Origin: Candidatus Acidiferrales bacterium
Lineage (GTDB): Bacteria > Acidobacteriota > Terriglobia > Acidiferrales > UBA7541
DNA: 64,000 bases
Direction of reading: 5' to 3'
NCBI GenBank assembly: GCA_050747245.1
Contig: JBOGNO010000006.1
Location: forward strand, 26,005 to 90,004
Shown here piece after piece: positions 1-9,348 of this stretch. Both the position numbers and the translations under genes were made by a program. The notes below the pieces were generated by a model, which saw only the letters and a program-made list of their open reading frames with translations, ran no database searches and was not told where the DNA came from. How positions within the stretch are numbered: position 1 is the first letter of the stretch; every line of letters starts with the position of its first letter.

Positions 1-1128
1 GTAGAACGGGCGATATTTACGTTCGAGGTGGCCGCGGAAGAGGCGGGAAGGGCGGCGGGAGAATATCAAGCGCTCGACTGGATGAGCGCGGCGGCAGGCC
101 GTTCCGCGATCTTGAGGAGATTTCCGCTTGGGCCGATCGCCGCGATCACACCATTCAATTTTCCGCTGAACCTGGTGGCTCACAAACTGGCGCCCGCGAT
201 CGCGGCAGGATGCACGATGGTGCTCAAGCCGGCGCCGAAGACGCCGTTCTGCGCGTTGCGGCTGGCGCGCATGGCGGAGGAAGCGGGCTGGCCGAAAGGG
301 GCGCTGAGCGTGCTTTCGCTGGCAAATACGGTGGCGGAGCAGCTCGTCTCCGACGAGCGCATCAAGCTGCTGACGTTTACGGGCAGCGGGACGGTGGGTT
401 GGGAGCTGAGATCGAAGGCGGGGAAGAAGCGCGTGGCGCTGGAACTCGGCGGGAATGCAGGAGTGATTGTGCACCGCGACGCCAATCTGGATTACGCAGC
501 GGAGCGAGTGGTGCAAGGAGGATTTTCGTACGCAGGTCAGAGCTGCATTTCTGTGCAAAGGGTTTTCGTGGAACGCAGCGTGGAAAAACATTTCGTGGAA
601 AAAGCGGCGGCCGGGGTGCGGAAGCTGAAGTTGGGCGATCCGCTTGACGAGAAAACGGATGTGGGGCCGATGATCACCGAAGGGGCCGCGAAGCGCGCGG
701 AAGCATGGATTGAAGAGGCGGTGAACGGAGGGGCGAAACTGATTGCCGGAGGCAAGCGCAAGGGGGCATACGTCGAGCCGACACTGTTGACGCACACGAC
801 GGCAAAAATGAAGGTGAATTGCGAGGAGGTGTTCGCGCCGGTGGTGACAGTGACGCCTTACGAGGACTTTGGAGCGGCGATACGCGCGATCAACGATTCG
901 CCGTGGGGATTGCAGGCGGGCGTCTTCACGCGCGACATGAAATTACTTTTTCAAGCTTACGAGGAACTCGAGGTGGGCGGTGTCATGGCAGGGGATGTGC
1001 CCACGTTTCGCGCGGACCAGATGCCTTATGGCGGAACAAAAGATTCCGGCGTGGGGCGCGAAGGTTTGCGGTACGCGATTGAGGAGATGACGGAGCCGAG
1101 GCTGCTGGTGCTCAATGCGGGTGGGTGA
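1..1128 (+). CDS. aldehyde dehydrogenase family protein, 5' end outside the window
   Basis: The frame is open from base 1 with no upstream stop. Translation carries ALDH hallmarks (FTGSGTVG, ELGGNAG, GQSCISVQRVFVE, and EPTLL followed by PYG). The 366 aa seen correspond to roughly the C-terminal three quarters of a typical 480-500 aa ALDH. Confidence 0.85.
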   Translation, partial: VERAIFTFEVAAEEAGRAAGEYQALDWMSAAAGRSAILRRFPLGPIAAITPFNFPLNLVAHKLAPAIAAGCTMVLKPAPKTPFCALRLARMAEEAGWPKGALSVLSLANTVAEQLVSDERIKLLTFTGSGTVGWELRSKAGKKRVALELGGNAGVIVHRDANLDYAAERVVQGGFSYAGQSCISVQRVFVERSVEKHFVEKAAAGVRKLKLGDPLDEKTDVGPMITEGAAKRAEAWIEEAVNGGAKLIAGGKRKGAYVEPTLLTHTTAKMKVNCEEVFAPVVTVTPYEDFGAAIRAINDSPWGLQAGVFTRDMKLLFQAYEELEVGGVMAGDVPTFRADQMPYGGTKDSGVGREGLRYAIEEMTEPRLLVLNAGG

Positions 1129-1154
1129 GTGTTGTTGCGCTCAGAGCGCGGTTT

Positions 1155-2219
1155 CTACTTGTGCTGAATGGCGGCTGGAGAACGCTGGGCATCGAGGGGC
1201 GTGAGCTGGACGCGCCAAGTGAGCGGGATGGACATTGGGAGATAGCAAACCTTCTTGTCGCAAGCCTGATATTTCAATTCACCGACAATATCGATGGCTT
1301 TTCCCGAGGGCGCGAGCGAATGGATCAGCTCGTCGGAGGAAGCGAATGTCACGTCCTGGGCGATGCGGAATTTGCCTTCGAAGACGGGGACAGTCTCATT
1401 GATGGCCTCGAGATGTAACATTTTAGAGGCGGGATAAGAAGTTGGGCCGGCGTGGAAATCAGGAGCGGGTTGCAGAGAAAGAGATATGGGCTTGTAGCCT
1501 TTGACGCCCGGGGAATAAACGTGGACCTCGGGCGGGAGCTCGGCTTCGACGAGCAAGGTGATGCGGCTGCCGGGAACCGCGGTGAGGTCCGATTGCGCAA
1601 GAGATATTCTCAGGTGAGGGGCGTTGACGCTTGAGACAGTTTGCTCAGCAAGTTGGGGAAACAATTTCAGAATAACGTTGTTGGGAGTGAAGCGGTCGCT
1701 GAAGCGATCTTCGAAATATTTTTCGCGGATCACGCCCGATTCGTCAATAAAGAAGAATCCCGCAAAAGCCATTCCTTTGGTGAAGCCGGGAGCATGTTGG
1801 GCGAGGACGCCGAAACTGCGGATGATTTTCGAATCGGGGTCGGCGAGCAGCGGGAACTCAATCTTTCTCCGGGAGGAGAAGTCCTTCAGGATTTCCGGGG
1901 AGTCGTAGCTGATGGCGGCGAGCTTGAGGCCCTGGTTTTCAATTCTCTGTTTGGCGGCTTGCAGCTGCACGAGCTGCGCTTTGCAGAAGGGTCACCAATC
2001 GGCGGAGCGGACAAACAGCAGGATGGTGCCGCGGCGGCCACGCAATGTTTCATTGCTCTGTTCATGGCCGAATTGATCGCGGACTGAAAACGCAGGCGCT
2101 CTGGCGCCGACGGCCAGTCCGATGGCGGAAGGATGCGCATCTGACGAAGGAGCACCCGATTGCGCGAAGACGATCGCTGCGAAAAAAAGGACCAGAGCGG
2201 CGACGGACAAGGATTTCAT
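1155..2219 (-). CDS. putative secreted selenoprotein: TlpA/ResA-like redoxin domain with a UxxC motif and an in-frame TGA at 1992-1994, fused to a DsbD-alpha-like domain
   Basis: Track ORFs 1992..2219 and 1155..1970 are in the same frame, separated by one TGA and 7 sense codons. The read-through protein is a signal peptide (MKSLSVAALVLFFAAIVFAQS), then ...ILLFVRSADW-U-PFCKAQL..., a redoxin body (LADPDSKIIRSFGVL, FFFIDESGVIREKYF) and a C-terminal YQACDKKVCYLP motif matching DsbD-alpha. U sits where the first Cys of the thioredoxin-fold CxxC normally is. A SECIS-like hairpin follows. Confidence 0.6.
1957..1984 (-). promoter_or_regulatory. candidate bacterial SECIS stem-loop downstream of the in-frame UGA
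   Basis: The mRNA reads UGA CCC UUC UGC AAA GC-GCAGCU-CGUGC-AGCUGC-AAGC. A perfect 6 bp stem, extendable to 7 bp by an adjacent G-C, carries a 5 nt apical loop CGUGC. Its G and U lie at +25/+26 from the UGA U, against +23/+24 for the conserved GU in E. coli fdhF SECIS. Confidence 0.45.
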
Positions 2220-3025
2220 TGTTCAGCACGCGCAGAAGCCGCGCCCCAGATCCTGCCGCCATTTCCTTCCTGAATGAATGCCACTACGCGGTTGCTGGCA
2301 GCCGATCCACCTTTGAGACCGATGGCGACATCGCCTGAAAACGGCGCGGTCCTGTCCACTTTACCGACTTTCTCCAAGTTTCTCAGAACTGCAACGTAGG
2401 AGAGCTTGCGGCCGGAGTTTTCTCCGCCTTGGACTTGCGACTCGTCGCTGTCGTCGGCAACGGCGAGGATGATGCTCGCTTGCCCGACGCCAGCGGAGGC
2501 GGGCAGCGGGCCGGCGTTGAGGTGCATGGCGAAGCGATGTCCGGAGACAAGATGGATGCCGGAGAGAGTGACTGGGGCTTTCTCCGAACCCGAAGCTGTG
2601 GCGATAGCACGGAGGGCAGTGCGTTCGTCGCTGCCGACAAATTCGAAGCGGCCGTCCACGACCATCTGGGGCGTGTAGGCTTCGGGAATCCGCAGGATTG
2701 AAACGTACGCGCGTTGACGCTCGGTGAAATCGTGCGAGGAAAAAGGATCGCGCCAGCCGCCGTCGTCCCAGTAGTCCACATGCTCGCTGAGGACGATGAT
2801 TTCGGCAGCCGGAACGGGCTGGGAGCGATCCAGATCCGCGAGAAATTTATCGGCGGGAGGGCAACTGGAGCAGCCTTCGGAGGTGAAAAGCTCAACGAGG
2901 ACGGGAGTGCGGGTAGTGGCCCCGGGCGCGGGCGGCACAGGCGCAGGCTCCAATTTGGGGAGAAAGAACGCACTAAGAATAAGTAGTGCTGGGACAGAAA
3001 AAATGACAAGTGCGCGAAGTTTCAT
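2216..3025 (-). CDS. DUF1223 family secreted protein with a CxxC motif
   Basis: A signal peptide (MKLRALVIFSVPALLILSA) is followed by ELFTSEGCSSCPPADKF, typical of DUF1223. Its stop overlaps the start of the selenoprotein gene by 4 nt (ATGA), which suggests an operon. Confidence 0.75.
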   Translation of the reverse strand: MKLRALVIFSVPALLILSAFFLPKLEPAPVPPAPGATTRTPVLVELFTSEGCSSCPPADKFLADLDRSQPVPAAEIIVLSEHVDYWDDGGWRDPFSSHDFTERQRAYVSILRIPEAYTPQMVVDGRFEFVGSDERTALRAIATASGSEKAPVTLSGIHLVSGHRFAMHLNAGPLPASAGVGQASIILAVADDSDESQVQGGENSGRKLSYVAVLRNLEKVGKVDRTAPFSGDVAIGLKGGSAASNRVVAFIQEGNGGRIWGAASARAEQ

Positions 3026-3251
3026 AAAATGTATGCCAAGCAGTTGAGGCCGCAACACCAAATTGGCCCTACCCCTTTCGATGAACAGTATAGAGAAAAG
3101 TTTCGGCTAAATGGGAGTTGCGAGCGGGTGGCTAGGGCGGAATGCTAACGCACGAGTGAGGCGCTGACGCACCTCACCGCCCACAGGGGGATCTGCGTCC
3201 TCCGGTGCGGGACGCAGATCACGAGTTGCCGCGGCAAAAAAATCCCGACTG

Positions 3252-3956
3252 CTAATTCTGGTCCGATTTTTGCGCAGCCACCGGCGCAGAATCGGCGCTG
3301 AAAACGGATACCTCCACGCGACGATTGGCGGCGTTGGCCTTTCTACCGGCACCCTCATCGGCCGGGCGCTGTTTGCCCAGGCCGACAATCTGAATGCGGT
3401 AGAGCGGGATGCTCTTCTCGACGACGAGATAGTTCTGCACAGCTTCGGCGCGGCGGCGGCTCAATTCTAGATTGTAGTCGGCCGGGCCGACTCTGTCCGT
3501 GTAGCCCTCAATGGCAATGAAAAAGCGATGCAGGGATTTTACGTTTTGGTCGACCAGGGTATCGAGCTGTTGCTTGTCCTCATCGGTGAGCTTCGAGGAA
3601 TTGAAAGCGAAGTGCACCGCGGCGTCGCCGGCGGTCTTGTAGGCGTCGAGATCGGCAATTCGTTCGCTGAGCTCGTTTTTCAGATCGCTGCGCACCTGGT
3701 CGGCTTTCGACGAAGCAGCGTCGGCGCGATTGATTGCGTCGCCGGCTCGGCTATCGGCGGACTTGGCCGTTTCGGTGGTGGCGCTCAATACCTTTTCATC
3801 GGTATCGAGCTGTTTCTGGGTCTCGGTGGCCTTGGAATCCACCTGGGAAACCCGCGCGTTTACCGGGTCCACCTGAGTCTGCACGTACTTTTTCGTGGCG
3901 CATCCGGCCAGCAGGAGCACTCCCAGGGCAAGAACGGGAAGGGAATAACGATTCAT
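3252..3956 (-). CDS. OmpA family lipoprotein
   Basis: It has a lipobox (LLLAGC) and a coiled-coil region. The C-terminal OmpA-like domain reads FAFNSSKLT...IEGYTDRVGPADYNLELSRRRAEAV...RRVEV. Confidence 0.8.
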   Translation of the reverse strand: MNRYSLPVLALGVLLLAGCATKKYVQTQVDPVNARVSQVDSKATETQKQLDTDEKVLSATTETAKSADSRAGDAINRADAASSKADQVRSDLKNELSERIADLDAYKTAGDAAVHFAFNSSKLTDEDKQQLDTLVDQNVKSLHRFFIAIEGYTDRVGPADYNLELSRRRAEAVQNYLVVEKSIPLYRIQIVGLGKQRPADEGAGRKANAANRRVEVSVFSADSAPVAAQKSDQN

Positions 3957-4185
3957 CGCGTGCCTCCAGTCAAATTAAGAACATGGGTATTACGCAGGCT
4001 GGGACCGGGAGGACTGGGAAACCCGAGGACGCTTCACAGAGCTGCCCTGCAAACTTAGCGAGGCCGCCCCACGAAGATCATCTTAGCGAAGCATGGGACG
4101 AAAATCAAGGAAAGAGACAAAAAACGTCAGGCGGAAGTGTGGAAGAACCAGCGACGGAGTCTTCGATGAATTCCACAGAATACTA

Positions 4186-4214
4186 TTGACATGGTTCATC
4201 CTGCAGCGTAGATT
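4186..4214 (+). promoter_or_regulatory. candidate sigma70-type promoter (TTGACA-17-TAGATT)
   Basis: TTGACA is at 4186-4191, followed by a 17 nt spacer and TAGATT at 4209-4214. It sits in the AT-richer stretch upstream of the 4417 gene, implying a leader of about 200 nt. Confidence 0.3.
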
Positions 4215-4416
4215 GCGCCTGCATCGAGCTTCTGTGTGTGGTGTGGTTAGATAATATGTTAGTTACTGGAATCAAATCTGTTTGCGAAAGGGGGTGAGAG
4301 GCAGTCAGTTTCATCCGGGGATCGCTGTGTGCGTGTGCGCAGGCGGCGCACGGATACGGTGAATGTTACAGGGGACGGACCACTCACAATGGTTCAGATA
4401 GCACAAAGGAGGGAAA

Positions 4417-5901
4417 ATGCGATTGCATGTACGGTCCCGTCGTCGCGTAGCACGGCCCGGAAACGGCATGTTGCGGCTTCTTGCCGCGACAGGTCTTTTC
4501 GTAGTCGCGATCTTTACGATGGCGATGCTGGTAGAAGCTCAGAACGTAACTCTGCATGATCCCGGCGTGCGCGGCGGGACAATTGATTCCGGACAGCCGC
4601 TCTCAACGCTCACAGCCGCACAAGGTCAGTTTTTCGCGGACGGACTCGGCCGGTTTATCCAGGTGGATTCCGTCAGTGGGAATGGCGGATCCATCACCAA
4701 CGAACCGGGGGTAGGTCTGGGGCCGCGATTCAACAACAACTCCTGCGGAGGCTGCCACTCGCAGCCCGATGTCGGCGGGACAAGCCCTCGTGCCGACCAG
4801 TTCCCGTTCATCGGACCCAACCCGCAGACTCAAGTCTTCAACCTCGACGGGGCGCAGAACACGCTGCCCTCATTCATCACCTCGGATGGGCCTGTGCGCG
4901 AAGCGCGGTTCAAGTTTTTTTTGAATCCCGACGGTTCGCTCAGTAGCAATCCGGACGGAGGCGTTCATGACCTGTTTGTGATCGAGGGGCGCTCGGATGC
5001 TGCGAGTTGCGAGCTTGAACAGCCAAAGTTCAGCCACAACCAGGCTCTAAATAACGTGATCTTCCGGATTCCCACGCCCACGTTCGGCGAGGGATTGATT
5101 GAAAATATTCCGGACGAAACCATCCTCGCGAACATGAATGCCAACGCCGCGCAAAAACAGGCGCTCGGCATTTCCGGGCATCCCAACCACAATGGAAACG
5201 ATGGAACGATCTCCCGGTTCGGCTGGAAAGCTCAGAACAAATCGCTCGAGATTTTCGCGGGCGAGGCGTACAACGTCGAAATCGGCGTGACCAATGAGTT
5301 GTTCCAGAATGAGCGGCCGAGCCCTGACGAGGAACAAAAGAACGGCCTTCCGGCAAGTTGTAAGCTGAACCCGACGCCGGAAGACTCGACGAACTTCGCG
5401 CAGGGAACGAACGGAAACGCAAGCATCCCGAGCGATACAGTGCAGTTCGCGATGTTCATGCGGTTCCTCGCTCCGCCCACACCTTCGACCACGAATCCCG
5501 GAGGAGCGACGTCGATCGCGAACGGCCGCGAGGACTTCATCGACATCGGCTGCGCGATGTGCCACACGCCAACGCTGAAGACGGCGCACTCATCGTTCAC
5601 CTCGGGATTGGATAACGTCAACGCAAACCTGTTCTCCGATTTGCTCGACCATCACATGGGCACGAATCTGGCAGACGGCGTCTCGCAAGGAGGCGCGGGA
5701 ACGGACGAATTCCGCTCCGCACCGCTGTGGGGCCTCGGGCAGCGCATTTTCTTCCTGCACGACGGGAGGACACGCGACCTGCTGGATGCGATTGAGGAGC
5801 ACTCCAGCTCCGGATCGGAGGCCAATACAGTAATTCAAAACTTCAACAACCTCACACCACAGCAGCAGCAGGATCTTCTGAACTTCCTGCGGTCGCTGTA
5901 A
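4417..5901 (+). CDS. di-haem oxidoreductase (DHOR/DUF1111-like, putative cytochrome c peroxidase-type)
   Basis: A strong RBS (AAGGAGG, 6 nt spacing) precedes the ATG. It has a signal/TM N-terminus and two CxxCH haem motifs (SCGGCHS and GCAMCHT). The C-terminal FFLHDGRTRDLLDAIEEH is like the DHOR family. Confidence 0.7.
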   Translation: MRLHVRSRRRVARPGNGMLRLLAATGLFVVAIFTMAMLVEAQNVTLHDPGVRGGTIDSGQPLSTLTAAQGQFFADGLGRFIQVDSVSGNGGSITNEPGVGLGPRFNNNSCGGCHSQPDVGGTSPRADQFPFIGPNPQTQVFNLDGAQNTLPSFITSDGPVREARFKFFLNPDGSLSSNPDGGVHDLFVIEGRSDAASCELEQPKFSHNQALNNVIFRIPTPTFGEGLIENIPDETILANMNANAAQKQALGISGHPNHNGNDGTISRFGWKAQNKSLEIFAGEAYNVEIGVTNELFQNERPSPDEEQKNGLPASCKLNPTPEDSTNFAQGTNGNASIPSDTVQFAMFMRFLAPPTPSTTNPGGATSIANGREDFIDIGCAMCHTPTLKTAHSSFTSGLDNVNANLFSDLLDHHMGTNLADGVSQGGAGTDEFRSAPLWGLGQRIFFLHDGRTRDLLDAIEEHSSSGSEANTVIQNFNNLTPQQQQDLLNFLRSL

Positions 5902-5927
5902 TCAACTGTAAACAGAATGTACGCAAG

Positions 5928-5959
5928 CACGCGGGAGTAAAGCTCCCGCGTGTTCTTTT
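5928..5959 (+). terminator. Rho-independent terminator
   Basis: A 10 bp GC stem (CACGCGGGAG / CTCCCGCGTG) with a 5 nt loop is followed by TTCTTTT, 26 nt after the DHOR stop. Confidence 0.55.
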
Positions 5960-6103
5960 CAGGCCAGCGGCGTGCGCCAGATCTGAGCGAGCCATGCGTA
6001 CAATTTCAGACTTTGGGCGATTTATGAGCGATCCGGCAAAGAGATGCGGCAGCCGGGTAACTCATCGTACGCGCAGCAAAGAGCAAGGAATTGTGCAGGG
6101 AGT

Positions 6104-6376
6104 TTATGCCTTGCGCTTAGGGCGCATCACCAACGCCAGCGCCGTCACCAGCGCGAAAATAATCAACAGGATGAGCGCAATCGCTGTGCCTGGATGTTCG
6201 GGTGCCACAGTGCGCATCAGGAAGAGGACCCAGAGGATAGTCACCGCGCAGATTGCCAGCACGCCGAGCATGGTGTAGGCGAATTTCTTCCACGACCACG
6301 TGCCTTCGCGTTTCGCCCGCACGTACGCCTGATATCCGACCATCAGAACGAGCACGGCTAGGATCAGTTGGATCAC
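6104..6376 (-). CDS. small hypothetical membrane protein (two predicted TM helices)
   Basis: The 90 aa ORF has two hydrophobic helices and basic flanks (RAKREG, RPKRKA). No family is recognised. Confidence 0.4.
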   Translation of the reverse strand: MIQLILAVLVLMVGYQAYVRAKREGTWSWKKFAYTMLGVLAICAVTILWVLFLMRTVAPEHPGTAIALILLIIFALVTALALVMRPKRKA

Positions 6377-7095
6377 GGCGATTTCCTTTCTTGAGCACGC
6401 CGAGGATACGCTTCTCGTCGTTCTGTGTCACGATTCCTGGCGCCTCGCACTAAACTTCTCACGAGGTAACGATCTCCTTTGAACTCCGTTCCCTATCATT
6501 CGAGCAGAAACTCAGCAGGCATACTGCGGAAGAGGGCGACCTCACAAACGAGCGCGTTTGTTCCCCCTCCCGTACATCTAAGTTCCGCACGGTTGGAAAT
6601 CAAGGGGCGCGGCACGCATAGCAAAGAAGCGGGCGTTCAGGAGAGCGGTCCGGCTTTTTGGGAATGAACGACCCAACGTGTGGTGAGTGTCCAGGTTTCG
6701 GAGGAGGGATGCGTACCTGCCTGATAGGGCACGGGGGAGGGCGCAGTGCAGGAGCGGAGGAATGGCAAATGATAAAATTCGCAGTGAAGACGTTGGAGGA
6801 GTAAAACAGGACCCCCTCTCGCATCACGGTCCGTGGGATTTATTTCCTCGATTGTAGGGTTTCCAAAATAGTTCCCCTTCCCGAAGCAAAACGCAAGATG
6901 CGGAAGATTGCCGTTCCTCTTGCGGGAAGGGAAGTTTGTGTTTTTGGCCCGACTGAACATCGAAATTGAGGCTGAGCATACCCGAGACGGTGCCTTGGCC
7001 GACCCCTCGCGCGCGAAGCAGTTCGAGAAGACCAGCTACACCGCTCCCTCCCAACGATTCCTGATTCCAAGTGGTGGCATGTTGAGGTGCAAAGA

Positions 7096-9192
7096 ATGAG
7101 AGCTCAAATTGAATACATCATTCCTATGGCCAGCAGCCTATTGAGTCGAGTGATCAAGAGACGACTCTGCATCATTATGGGACGCGGCTGCTTGGGCGTG
7201 GCCGCTGCGCTGCTCGCGGCGTCGCACTCGGCTCAAGCACAAAAACAAAAGCAGGATCCTTCCTCAATGAGCATCGAGCAACTGATGCAGATTGAGGTGA
7301 CTTCGGTTTCGAAGACCAATCAACCACTTGCACACTCTGCCGCGGCAATTTACGTCATCACGGATGAGGACATTCGACGTTCCGGAGCAACGAATATTCC
7401 AGACCTGCTGCGCATGGTGCCCGGTTTGGATGTGGCGCAGATCAACGCGCACACCTGGGCGATATCCGCCCGCGGCTTCAACGGGCGCTTTTCGAACAAG
7501 CTCCTCGTTCTGGTAGATGGGAGGACGGTTTACTCCCCGCTCTTCTCCGGAGTGTATTGGGACATGCAAGACGTGCCGCTGGAGGATATTGACCGGATCG
7601 AAGTGATTCGGGGTCCCGGCGCCGCGCTGTGGGGAGCGAATGCCGTCAACGGGGTCATCAACATCATCATGAAAAAAGCGAAGGACACACAGGGTGGGCT
7701 TGTCAGGGCCCGTGGTGGAAGTAGCGTGCTCGGCGCCGGGACAATCCGGTACGGAGGCGAGATCGGCCCGGACGTGCACTACCGTGTGTATGGAAAATAC
7801 TTCAGAAACAATCACTTTGAACTTGCCGGGGGCGGAAGCGGATTGGATCAATGGCAGATGGAGCGCAGCGGCTTTCGTGTGGATTGGGATTCGACTTCGG
7901 GGGATTCCATTACTCTCGAAGGGGACTTCGGCGGAGGAAGTGAGAGTGAGAAGTTGCTAAAGTTCGTATCTTTCACGCCACCCTTCACACGACTGATTAC
8001 CGACCCGATTGAGGCGACGGAGGAAAACATTTTGGCCCGCTGGAATCACACTCTCTCCGGCGGTTCGAAGCTTTCCTTGCAATTGTATTTCGATCGTACG
8101 AATCGGGGTGAGGCGACTTTTGGAGAAAATCGCAACACCTATGACGCGGATCTCGAGCACAACATCTCGCTGGGGGATCGCCACAATCTAATTTGGGGAC
8201 TCGGCTATCGCTGGACTTCGGACGAGATCGGAGCCAGCTTCGGAGAATCTTTCACACCGCAAGCCCGCGGAATTCAGCTTTTCAGCGCGTTCGCACAGGA
8301 CGAGATCAAGCTGGTCGAAAATCATCTGACGCTGACGCTGGGCTCGAAATTTGAGCGCAACGATTTCACGGGGTTCGAAATCCAGCCCAATGTCCGGGCG
8401 ATGTGGACGGTCAATTCGCGGCATGCACTGTGGGGTTCGATTGCTCGCGCGGTGCGATCTCCGGATCGAGCTGAAGCTGACGTGCAATTCGTGCAGCAGG
8501 CAGTACCACTCGGCGGCGGAGCTGTTGGTTTTGCCACTATCTTCGGCGATCCTGATTTCCTCTCGGAAGATTTGGTGGCGTACGAAGGCGGTTACCGCGT
8601 TCAACTCTTGAAGAACTTGAGCCTGGATTTCGCAGGGTATTTCAATGGCTACACCAACCTAGAAACAACCGAACCCGGAACACCATTCATCCAACAGAAT
8701 CCCGCGCCGCCGCATTTGATTCTTCCTCTGTTCTTTGACAACCGAAAGCACGGGAGTACCCATGGAGTTGAAATCAGCGGCAATTGGTATGTGACAAAGA
8801 AATGGCGGATAAGCCCCAGCTACACTTGGATCGCTGAAGACCTGAGACTCAACGCCGGCTCTTTGGCGTCTCCGCCACCGCGAAACACCGGCGACGACCC
8901 CGGGAATCAATTCCAGGTACGCTCGCTCATCGATCTGCCAAAGCACCTGGAATTCGATAGTTCATTCCAGTATGTTAGCCGGCTTCCAGCGCAGGCCCTC
9001 TCCGGCTACACAAGGTTCGACACGCGCCTCGGCTGGCGTCCCCGTGATTCTTTCGAACTCAGCGCCGTCGTGCAAAACGCATTCAGCGCCCAGCACGCGG
9101 AATTCACGAGGAGCGTGTTAGGCGAAGTTCCCACGCTTGTCCCTCGCAGCGCCTATTTGCAGGTCACATGGCGATTCGAAACGAAGAAATGA
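7096..9192 (+). CDS. TonB-dependent receptor
   Basis: GAGGTG lies 6 nt before the ATG at 7096. A long signal peptide is followed by a plug domain (IEVTSVSK..., DIDRIEVIRGPGAALWGANAVNGVINII) and a beta-barrel region, ending in the terminal aromatic W-R-F. Confidence 0.85.
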   Translation: MRAQIEYIIPMASSLLSRVIKRRLCIIMGRGCLGVAAALLAASHSAQAQKQKQDPSSMSIEQLMQIEVTSVSKTNQPLAHSAAAIYVITDEDIRRSGATNIPDLLRMVPGLDVAQINAHTWAISARGFNGRFSNKLLVLVDGRTVYSPLFSGVYWDMQDVPLEDIDRIEVIRGPGAALWGANAVNGVINIIMKKAKDTQGGLVRARGGSSVLGAGTIRYGGEIGPDVHYRVYGKYFRNNHFELAGGGSGLDQWQMERSGFRVDWDSTSGDSITLEGDFGGGSESEKLLKFVSFTPPFTRLITDPIEATEENILARWNHTLSGGSKLSLQLYFDRTNRGEATFGENRNTYDADLEHNISLGDRHNLIWGLGYRWTSDEIGASFGESFTPQARGIQLFSAFAQDEIKLVENHLTLTLGSKFERNDFTGFEIQPNVRAMWTVNSRHALWGSIARAVRSPDRAEADVQFVQQAVPLGGGAVGFATIFGDPDFLSEDLVAYEGGYRVQLLKNLSLDFAGYFNGYTNLETTEPGTPFIQQNPAPPHLILPLFFDNRKHGSTHGVEISGNWYVTKKWRISPSYTWIAEDLRLNAGSLASPPPRNTGDDPGNQFQVRSLIDLPKHLEFDSSFQYVSRLPAQALSGYTRFDTRLGWRPRDSFELSAVVQNAFSAQHAEFTRSVLGEVPTLVPRSAYLQVTWRFETKK

Positions 9193-9348
9193 CGCACCGC
9201 GAAAATATTGGGATGTGATTGCGCGGCCGGCGCCGTCAACCCGGATCGAGATTTTGCGGCCGCTCCAGTTAGTAGGATTCCGCAGTTGAGAATGAATTTC
9301 GAGCCAAGCGGGCAGGCGAGAGACGTGAGCGGAACGTGTGCCAGGAAA

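Noticed and set aside
28-1128. Treating the 28 GTG as the true start of the aldehyde dehydrogenase
   Set aside because: The frame is open back to base 1, and the 366 aa seen span only about the last three quarters of an ALDH. The gene continues upstream of the window.
6400-7095. Possible cobalamin or other riboswitch upstream of the TonB-dependent receptor
   Set aside because: I could not find a B12-box-like core or another recognisable riboswitch consensus by eye. It is left unreported, though a covariance-model scan would be decisive.
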